Origin: a virus
Taxonomy: Duplodnaviria; Caudoviricetes
Virus record (IMG/VR): IMGVR_UViG_3300010383_000016
Span: 1 to 40,428 of that record
Strand: one strand, 5' to 3'
DNA: 40,428 nt
Below the pieces are notes generated by a model. That model saw only the letters and a list, made by a program, of their open reading frames with translations. It made no database searches and was not told where the DNA came from. The position numbers and the translations under genes were made by a program. This document shows positions 34,201 to 40,428 of the stretch, in pieces (the first letter of the stretch is position 1; each line of letters starts with the position of its first letter).

Positions 34201-36018
34201 TTTACGCAGGTTCTTCACGACACGGTTCCGGTTGATCGTCCTCTCGTTCTGTGTCCGCGCCTGCCGAAAGGGAATCGGATTACCGGCATATTCCTGACCG
34301 GCATCCATGTGCTGAACGCCCTCACCACTCGTTCCTGCTGCCTTTCGTTGCTTGAAGGTTTGAGCTGAACCGAGCTCGCCCTCGACAGGAATTACTTCGG
34401 CTGGAGCATTCTTCCCGCTTTTGTATTCGGAAGCCGTGACCAGTCGCCCCTGTGCTTGCTGACGGTTTTTGTTTTTACTTCTATTGGGGACCGGTGATTC
34501 CTTTTTCGGCGGAATGATTTCTACTTCCGGAGCTGTCCGATTGTTGAATAGGACTTCCCGCGGAGCAGCTGCCTCACCCTTTACTCCGCTGTCGTATCGA
34601 TCAGCCATGGACTTGACTGGACCGGGTGCTCCAGCTGCCTCCCGCGACCGCTGCAACTCCCTTGCCCGGCTTAAACTGTCCGACCTCACTTTAGGAGGCG
34701 GATAAGCCAGTTTGACCAGTTCGTCGAGACCTGGGTCTTCCGGTCCAGCCATGCGCGACCACAGGCTCTCGAGGCTTTCGAGCTCACGACCCGGCGGGTG
34801 GTCCATTTGATTAGCGACATTGATCAGGTTCTCGAACTTCACCCGCCATGGATTCGGCTCGCTTCGGGCGGTTGTCGGAGGTGCCACGTTCGGTTCAGGA
34901 AGGCCCAGGACCTGTACATTGCCTGGCTGCTGGATCGGCTCCGCGCCGTACGGGAGCGGTTCGGATGTCTTACGCTTCAGCACCTCAGCCCGCGACGGAG
35001 GGAGGGCAAGTGGTTGATCGCTGTACCTTCCAGCGCGCTGATCGATGAAGTCGAAACGGCCGGCTAAGTCCTGACCAATATTAACCGGTCGGCCCGAGAC
35101 GTCTGGGGCGGTTCTCCCGGACTCCGCCGCCTGCGTAAACACGTCAGGATTTGTCTCGATCGAGTGTCCGCTTCGATTCATCAGTGAGCGTACCGCCCGT
35201 CCGACTGCCGGAGTCAGCGCGCCGAGTGCGCCGCCAAGGATCACTCCGCCAGTAGTATCTGCAGCGAGATTCTTCGCATAATCCTTCGGCTCACCCCCAA
35301 CGAGCAGCGTATGAAAGGGCGAATATGCGGCCGATCCTAGCGCGCCCTGTGTCGCGTTCTCCACTCCCTTGTTCACCATCTTACCGAACATGGAGTCGAC
35401 GATCTGCGTGCCGTCCTTTGAAAGTGTAAGGCCCGCGTCCGGAAGGAGTTGCTGCGCCTTGTTACCGGCTGCAGTGGCTACTCGCTGAATGGCCGGATGC
35501 TCAAAGAAGTTGGCTCCGATGCTAAGGTTCCCCACTGGCATCGTGGGATTAGTGACGAACCCGGCCGCGCCGCCAGCAATCTCAAGAGCCTTGTCTGCAA
35601 TCCGGTTCCCGGTCGACTTCGGGCTACTCATCATGTCATCCGGAATGCCCATTGCCTTCCCGGCAGCAAAATCGAACATCCTAAGCGGAGCCGAGTTGGC
35701 GAGATGACCTAACAGATTCAACGGATTGAACAAGCCGCCCGGATAGTCCGTTCGCTCATCGGACCGGGTCAGCGAAGGTGATCCCTGGACGGGCTGCTGT
35801 TCCATTATCTGACCAGGAGCATTATCGAACTGATGAGCCATTTGAAAGGCTTCATCTGCTTCCGTCCGTCCAATTGCCTCATAGTCGATCGGCTTTTTCT
35901 TGCTTGCGATATAGTCCTTGGCGGAGACGAGCCCACCTCCTCCACTTCCGCCACCACTCGCCGGTTTGCTGCCGCCGTTCTTTGTGCTCAAATAATCTTT
36001 CGCACTGATGAGGGGCAA
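31285..36018 (-). CDS. Large polyvalent internal virion/ejection protein, LPD38-like C-terminus and HExxH motif
   Basis: 'ARDLMDFNRAG..FLNAGIQG', 'YDNIPQWQKD.F', 'RIPKPFE'; 'HEVGH' at 34066-34080; TTG start after AGGAGG. Confidence 0.78.
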   Translation of the reverse strand: MPLISAKDYLSTKNGGSKPASGGGSGGGGLVSAKDYIASKKKPIDYEAIGRTEADEAFQMAHQFDNAPGQIMEQQPVQGSPSLTRSDERTDYPGGLFNPLNLLGHLANSAPLRMFDFAAGKAMGIPDDMMSSPKSTGNRIADKALEIAGGAAGFVTNPTMPVGNLSIGANFFEHPAIQRVATAAGNKAQQLLPDAGLTLSKDGTQIVDSMFGKMVNKGVENATQGALGSAAYSPFHTLLVGGEPKDYAKNLAADTTGGVILGGALGALTPAVGRAVRSLMNRSGHSIETNPDVFTQAAESGRTAPDVSGRPVNIGQDLAGRFDFIDQRAGRYSDQPLALPPSRAEVLKRKTSEPLPYGAEPIQQPGNVQVLGLPEPNVAPPTTARSEPNPWRVKFENLINVANQMDHPPGRELESLESLWSRMAGPEDPGLDELVKLAYPPPKVRSDSLSRARELQRSREAAGAPGPVKSMADRYDSGVKGEAAAPREVLFNNRTAPEVEIIPPKKESPVPNRSKNKNRQQAQGRLVTASEYKSGKNAPAEVIPVEGELGSAQTFKQRKAAGTSGEGVQHMDAGQEYAGNPIPFRQARTQNERTINRNRVVKNLRKNLKVVIDAGKLKAGRGVLGIHKVRSGVVRTRMAEDLQVISHEVGHNLDKRFNLQDQRFQNEYMALIHNNPILNVAAYKPHELPAEGVAEYVRLRLTDPDAARRIAPNFTKFFESKLDEKTLRGLEASARDIDTWITQGDFNQAVGLIDFDSGGDKQNFSWNRFYTRMVDDLNPLKLAEKALKGKLGVGADSIYKMARLSRGIGERAKLAITRGIYDDKGNKLSDGLRQILSPLKDMGVSEKQFATYLAVKHAADLKAAGKKVPFSDSQIKAVLARMDTPELQAIQQKVIGWNDALLQLMVDAQLKSAKQVQAMRKTHPNYVPFMRYFDDDAIAGFKNGGYGASKGFANVTDPVKRMSDEGSTRTIINPIESMVKNAFLVMNAAAKNKVGLQLAELAKINDAGAWVEHIGKGGAERADHIVSVWINGVRQQYKVRDPELYNALLSLDNESANSVVRFLGGAAGLLRAGATLSPAFLLRNAFRDAVGAMVNSTKYGFNPADFFFGLANVLGKTELFDRFMSSGGAMSTLMSLDREANREALQQVFQKSFKDKTLNVIKSPKELGKLLSGYTLIKGTVGALRKAAEVSELSTKVGTYRKVLKKTGSSEEAAFAARDLMDFNRAGAGIRPANRMIAFLNAGIQGIDRTARSFWGEGPKDYKTKASFLTRAVTTLVLPSIGLYIWSRNLGPEQKKVYDNIPQWQKDTFFIVPVAGTNQFARIPKPFEAGMMFATGTERMLRWMEDNDPDAFDGYARALGEAYTPPTLITAFTPIIEGMTNHSFFRDAPIIPRGEQDLEKKDQYGINTSETAKLAGHALSHVPGVSDTNFASPRIIDNTIKGFTATLGQYGVEGLDTLLQAMLGNSEAPQPSRAFYEHPPVSGFLATTNGGGQIRQDFYDKWDKLTKAKNSAEKNQQPFKDPDYGRMKAAYNIITDLNKQYKAVQKDKNLQSGDKRKKLDELDDRMNEIARKGLGKE

Positions 36019-36030
36019 TACAATCACCTC

Positions 36031-37302
36031 CTACTGTACGTATTGGAGATACTCTTGGATTAGCGATTCTCGCTTCGCGGGATCGCTCCATTCGAAGTCC
36101 TTCGACGCAAGGGAGATCGCCTCTTTACGCCGAGCGGACTCCCTGCTCGCGGATGCTGCATCAGTTTTCGCTGCAGCCTGCGCATCCGCAGTGATTGATT
36201 TCTTGATCCGATCGAATCCCTGAGTACCCAACTGCCGCGTAATCTCACCACGGTTCGTCTCGAGCCAATCGGAGCGGTCGGTGTCGTCCAACTGAGATAG
36301 CTCATCCATCACTGTGCCCTCGAAACTCCGTGCGGCTGCTTGATCGTCGTACCGCTGTTGCGTGACGGAGGTCCCGCCGCCGCTCTCCGCATTCTGTCGA
36401 GAAAGGGCAAGCTCATCTTGGCTCATCTTCTGATTGAAGTCTTGGTTCTGCTTTGCCATTGTCGGCGTTCCATCAGGAAGCGTACCAGTCAGGCCCGCCA
36501 TTCCCAGAAGCTGCTGGAATGCTTGTGTGACGGCGTTAAGCGGCTGTTTCCCTTCCACCTGCGCATACGACAAGCCAGCATCCTCCGTCGGGTATACCGG
36601 AACGCCGTACATATTCGTCAAATCGTTTGCTAGGTTAATGTGATCGAGGCGGGACTGCCGCTGGTTATTGATGTCCTGCTGGCCGAGCCCCTGCAGGAAG
36701 TTTGCCACCGTCCCAAAGTTCCGGAACTGGTCCTGCTGCGCACCATAATTCGCCTTCTGTACCTGTAGATCGCGGTTCGCCTGGTCGGCCCACTGGTTAT
36801 ATGCCTGCTGATACATCTGCGGGAGAAGCTCGTAAGAGATGCGGCCATATTCCCGCTGAGCTGCCTGGTTGGCGAGGTTCGAGTTTATCGTCGAGTTCAT
36901 GATTCCTCGCTTGTTCAGCGCCGCGGATGTGTCTCCCTCGGCCGTCTGAATGTTTCGCTGAGCCTCCGCTTGCGCAGCCTGATAGCGCGGATCCGTCGCG
37001 GGATTGAACTCGAACGCCTTCGGCGCCTGATACTGGAACGGCTGCGCTGCTGTCGCGCGTTGCGTCATTGTGTTCACGAGACCATCGAGTTGATTGTTGC
37101 GGTCCTTGCTACGAAAATTATTAAGCGCTGTCGACAAATCGTTATATGTGCCATAAGTACTTCCATCGGATTCCGGAGCTGCACCGTAAAAGTCCTTACC
37201 GTTCAACTGCACCATGCGCCGGTTCGGGTCGTAGGAAATATCACTGTCCTTGTAGCCCGCATCATTGGCAAACTTTCGGACGCTGTACATTTGCTGTGCC
37301 AT
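36031..37302 (-). CDS. Q/A-rich putative ejection (internal virion) protein
   Basis: 'FNPATDPRYQ..LNKRGIMNST' and low-complexity helices; located between tail genes and the large protein. Confidence 0.6.
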   Translation of the reverse strand: MAQQMYSVRKFANDAGYKDSDISYDPNRRMVQLNGKDFYGAAPESDGSTYGTYNDLSTALNNFRSKDRNNQLDGLVNTMTQRATAAQPFQYQAPKAFEFNPATDPRYQAAQAEAQRNIQTAEGDTSAALNKRGIMNSTINSNLANQAAQREYGRISYELLPQMYQQAYNQWADQANRDLQVQKANYGAQQDQFRNFGTVANFLQGLGQQDINNQRQSRLDHINLANDLTNMYGVPVYPTEDAGLSYAQVEGKQPLNAVTQAFQQLLGMAGLTGTLPDGTPTMAKQNQDFNQKMSQDELALSRQNAESGGGTSVTQQRYDDQAAARSFEGTVMDELSQLDDTDRSDWLETNRGEITRQLGTQGFDRIKKSITADAQAAAKTDAASASRESARRKEAISLASKDFEWSDPAKRESLIQEYLQYVQ

Positions 37303-37339
37303 TGGATCATCCCCTTCCGTGAAATAAAAAGAGAGCCCC

Positions 37340-37642
37340 TCAAGGGCTCGGAGAAACTGTGATCGTTTCCGTATGGATTTGCGGTCTGCCCGCCGGTTTA
37401 CCTGACTTTGAAATTAAATTTATCCGACCGTCGTTTTCGTTGATGTAATAATCGAATCCGAACAGGAGTGACACGTCTTCGACCGAGACATAGTGCTGAC
37501 CATCTACCATCCGCGACCTCACACCTGTTGCGTTATCGTTTACCAGGATCGAGTATGAAACTTCACCCGACGGATCTGCAGCGGAGAATCCAGGAATCAT
37601 CATAATGACACCGAACAAGAAACCGAGAAAAAGCTTCAGCAT
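37340..37642 (-). CDS. Small exported protein with signal peptide
   Basis: 'MLKLFLGFLFGVIMMIPGFSAA' signal; 'VDGQHYVSVEDVS..G' resembles stalk/copper-amine-oxidase N-terminal domains. Confidence 0.6.
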   Translation of the reverse strand: MLKLFLGFLFGVIMMIPGFSAADPSGEVSYSILVNDNATGVRSRMVDGQHYVSVEDVSLLFGFDYYINENDGRINLISKSGKPAGRPQIHTETITVSPSP

Positions 37643-37658
37643 AGTTATTCCCCCTTGG

Positions 37659-38333
37659 TTACGTTACACTCGTTAAGATACCATTGCTGAAATTCATAAT
37701 TGAAGTAGTCGCAGATGACGATCCGAAATCCACGTCAGTCACAACCGTCACAGATCCGGAAAACCCAGAAAAAGTACTGGCCTTCCCGTTAAGCTCACTT
37801 ACAACATCCACTCCATTGATTTTGGTTCCAAAAGGCAGAAACCAGTTGCCTACACCGACTGTATTTAGGCCAAGTGCACCTAAGTACATGGATGCTCCGC
37901 TGTTTGGTCCGATCTGCCAACCTGTTCGACTGGTTAGGTTCTTGATCATCAAAGTCTCAAATCCAGCGTCATTGAATACCATATCGCCATAGTTTGTTCC
38001 TACCGAATTCCCCCAGCTTGGTCCATTGTAAAAATTATCTTCGTTGTAGGTACGAAGGGAATTTCCGTTCATTTCAATGCGAGCTCCTGTGTTTGCTGTC
38101 TTGATCATGGCGCCGATGATAAGCCCCGCCGTGATGGTCCCGAGATCAGCTGAAATTGCAGATAGCTTATCAACGTCCATCCGATCTGCCTGAACGCTTT
38201 TGGCTCGAATGTTCTTCGAATCGAGTCCGCCTTGCATGAGGTAATCAAGCGATTTCTGCAGTCGTCCAAGTGCATCGATCAGATCCGGCATCGAAGCGCC
38301 TTGCCCGATTCGTCCGAAATCCATAGTCGGCAT
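37659..38333 (-). CDS. Tail needle / short fibre-like protein
   Basis: 'GLDSKNI', 'KLSAISADLGTITAG', C-terminal 'FSNGILTSVT'. Confidence 0.65.
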   Translation of the reverse strand: MPTMDFGRIGQGASMPDLIDALGRLQKSLDYLMQGGLDSKNIRAKSVQADRMDVDKLSAISADLGTITAGLIIGAMIKTANTGARIEMNGNSLRTYNEDNFYNGPSWGNSVGTNYGDMVFNDAGFETLMIKNLTSRTGWQIGPNSGASMYLGALGLNTVGVGNWFLPFGTKINGVDVVSELNGKASTFSGFSGSVTVVTDVDFGSSSATTSIMNFSNGILTSVT

Positions 38334-38349
38334 GTCCTGATCCCTCCCC

Positions 38350-39768
38350 TCATCGAATAGGCAGCGAGTCTTGATCCCTTGAAAACTCGTAGAGCTCCAT
38401 CGGACCGCTGCCCTCAAATTTCACCCGGATAAACCGGGAGTTTGTAGTCATCGACGTGTCCAGATAAATCGGCGTGCTCTGGAGGTTCGTCCCGGTCGGA
38501 ACCGTGCCGGCGAGCTGCCAATCCGTGTCGCCGGACTCCACCGTGCTGATATAGACATTACACGTACTGCCCGCCGGCACGATCGCTGATACCCACGCTC
38601 GGAACCAACGCAGCACCTGTGCCATCGAAGCCGCACTGAACACCTTAGACACCCACCGCCAGCTGATCGCCGTTCCGTTATCCGTCGTTCCGCCCATTTT
38701 GAGCACACGGCCCTGCGCATCGGCCATGTACAGGGTGTTCTGCATGCTGGCGAAAAAGAGAGGCTGCAGGTCTTCCCAAACGGAAAACGTCCCCTTCTGC
38801 TGATCATACTCAAGGATTGTATCCGGCGCCGTCGCTGTCGCCCCCATTGGTAGAGCAAGATACCAGCGAATGCCGTCGCTACCGGCGCAACTGCTCGACT
38901 TGGCCGTTTGGTTCATACCGTCGATGTAAGCTTGAACTCGCTCGAAGAAGCTGTTGTCCGGCCGACTCCCGCCATAGGTGAACGCGCTGCGGTCGCTGGC
39001 GAAGTAGAGCGTCCCGTTGTAATTGGTTCCGACCTTGTTGTTCAGCATACCGATGTCTGGGGCGACTTCGATAAAACGGAAATCCGACGGGCTTGTGCCA
39101 TAAAGCTCGTGTGTGGATGTGGGAAAGGCGACCGTGATATGACCTGTGCCCGCCTTGAGGCCGACGATCTTCTTACCCGTGTTAATCTCCTTTTTGATGC
39201 TCCCCGGGTCGGAATCATTGCCGGCCACCGTCGACCAGTTCGTCGGAACGTTGAGCTCGCTGAACCAAACCTCCGTGCCATTCACCACACCGTAAAGTCG
39301 ATTGTCGTGTTCGTCAATGAAGTTGATGCCCGCAGGTGCCCCGGTGAGGTCCTGCACCGTTGCTCCATCGTATCTCTTGGCAGTGTTCACGCCGTTGCAT
39401 CCAATCAGATTGAAATCGGTTAGGTTTCCCTTAAAGTTACAAAAGCTCCATTCCGCCGATGTATCAAGGCCAGAAACGAGCGGAGAGCTCCAAGCTGCCC
39501 CTGTCCATTTCCTCCATGTACCGTCATTGAACACCGCGTGCAGCTCGGAGTCTTTCCATATTCCGAGACCTAAGCAGCGCGTTCCAATAGCGCTCCCTAA
39601 CAAAGAAAACCCCGGTCTCAATGAGAGAGCGGGGAACTCTGAAGAACTTAAATTTTTCATATCACTTGCAAACTCTTCAGCTATCGAAAAAGCATCAAGC
39701 TTGTTCACTCCCGAGAACTTACGCTGGATAAATGGGGGTCGGGTGCGAATTCGGGGCCAGTGATACAT
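38350..39768 (-). CDS. Tail nozzle / head stabilisation protein (P22 gp10 or tubular B-like)
   Basis: 'FSGVN..NLSS..PAL..RPG', beta-propeller-like W/G pattern, 'VWFSEL..PTNW'. Confidence 0.7.
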   Translation of the reverse strand: MYHWPRIRTRPPFIQRKFSGVNKLDAFSIAEEFASDMKNLSSSEFPALSLRPGFSLLGSAIGTRCLGLGIWKDSELHAVFNDGTWRKWTGAAWSSPLVSGLDTSAEWSFCNFKGNLTDFNLIGCNGVNTAKRYDGATVQDLTGAPAGINFIDEHDNRLYGVVNGTEVWFSELNVPTNWSTVAGNDSDPGSIKKEINTGKKIVGLKAGTGHITVAFPTSTHELYGTSPSDFRFIEVAPDIGMLNNKVGTNYNGTLYFASDRSAFTYGGSRPDNSFFERVQAYIDGMNQTAKSSSCAGSDGIRWYLALPMGATATAPDTILEYDQQKGTFSVWEDLQPLFFASMQNTLYMADAQGRVLKMGGTTDNGTAISWRWVSKVFSAASMAQVLRWFRAWVSAIVPAGSTCNVYISTVESGDTDWQLAGTVPTGTNLQSTPIYLDTSMTTNSRFIRVKFEGSGPMELYEFSRDQDSLPIR

Positions 39769-39795
39769 TTCCTCACCGCCTATTCGGAAAAATTA

Positions 39796-40419
39796 TTATT
39801 TGGTCCATTCAACCTTTTCTCTGATGATTTTTGCTGGGTTGCCACCTACTAATGAGTTTGAAGGCACATCCTTCGTTACAACCGATCCTGCAGCAATTAC
39901 AGCACCATCACCGATTGTTACGCCCTTTAGAATAGTAACGCGGCTTCCTATCCAAACACGGTTACCTATCCTAACCGGTTTCAAGGGTGCGCCACCGTCA
40001 AGTTGATGAAAATCGGTATCCATTATCTGCACATCCCACGCAATTGCGCAATCTGTTCCGATCTCGATGGAGCAAGCGCATATAACAAGACTGTTGCAAG
40101 ATATGAACGTGTTATCGCCGATGCTGAGTGAAGCACCGCGCCCCATAATCACCCTAACGCCGGGACCTAAGCTCGCATGTCCAGTGACTCTCAATGTGCT
40201 GTTCTCTGGCATTTGCAGTATGGTGGGGTCATGTTGGATCTGCCCTATCTCCCCCATACGTGTAGTGAACACACCCAAGGACAAGGAGGACAAATTCAAC
40301 TTAGCCGTGCTGTGTTTCTTGATTCTGCTCTTCCACGAAGAGCGAATTGACTTTCTATATATCAATGAATACCAAGCTGACTTGAAGATAATCCCCGGAT
40401 TATTTAACAATTTTCCCAT
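39796..40419 (-). CDS. Hexapeptide-repeat (LbH) acetyltransferase; may start across the window join
   Basis: 'IMDTDFH', '[46 protein letters not shown]'. Confidence 0.9.
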   Translation of the reverse strand: MGKLLNNPGIIFKSAWYSLIYRKSIRSSWKSRIKKHSTAKLNLSSLSLGVFTTRMGEIGQIQHDPTILQMPENSTLRVTGHASLGPGVRVIMGRGASLSIGDNTFISCNSLVICACSIEIGTDCAIAWDVQIMDTDFHQLDGGAPLKPVRIGNRVWIGSRVTILKGVTIGDGAVIAAGSVVTKDVPSNSLVGGNPAKIIREKVEWTK

Positions 40420-40428
40420 GATATCCAG

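Larger units (their letters stand above)
1..40428. mobile_element. Temperate podovirus-like phage genome, circularly permuted, excised (attP) form
   Basis: Integration, immunity, replication, packaging, head, short-tail and lysis modules all present; structural operon continues from position 1 to 40428 on the minus strand; integrase and lysis ends meet at a tRNA-derived att core with no host genes seen. Confidence 0.9.

Overview
The window appears to be an essentially complete ~40.4 kb temperate phage genome in its excised, attP-containing form, opened between the tailspike and acetyltransferase genes. RBS and promoter style, ImmA, YqaJ, YjcQ, BhlA and YyaC point to a spore-forming Bacillota host; Paenibacillaceae is an inference. 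A short + strand lysogeny block (CI-like repressor, ImmA-type metallopeptidase, tyrosine integrase) is followed by an attP carrying an almost full tRNA-Ile2(CAT) copy. All other genes are on the minus strand: Cro/Xis, YyaC spore protease, YqaJ-RecT, DnaQ-like exonuclease, O-like initiator with six internal iterons, DnaB, RuvC, DNA adenine methylase, an Xpf-like late activator, terminase, P22-like portal, scaffold, major capsid, adaptor and beta-helix tailspike. Across the join come an acetyltransferase, tail nozzle, ejection-type proteins including a 1577-aa LPD38-like polyvalent protein, and holin/endolysin. No tape measure or tail tube gene was recognised, so a podovirus morphology is inferred. 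Best leads: (1) a sporulation-linked accessory set (phage YyaC plus two morons with sigma-H-type promoters); (2) an overprinted Cys/His ORF with a perfect RBS inside the holin gene; (3) two tiny antisense promoter-terminator units in the early operon; (4) low-GC candidate defence morons (HNH-like gene, DUF4760-like pair); (5) a tailspike plus acetyltransferase cassette. All family calls are by motif recognition only; no searches were run.
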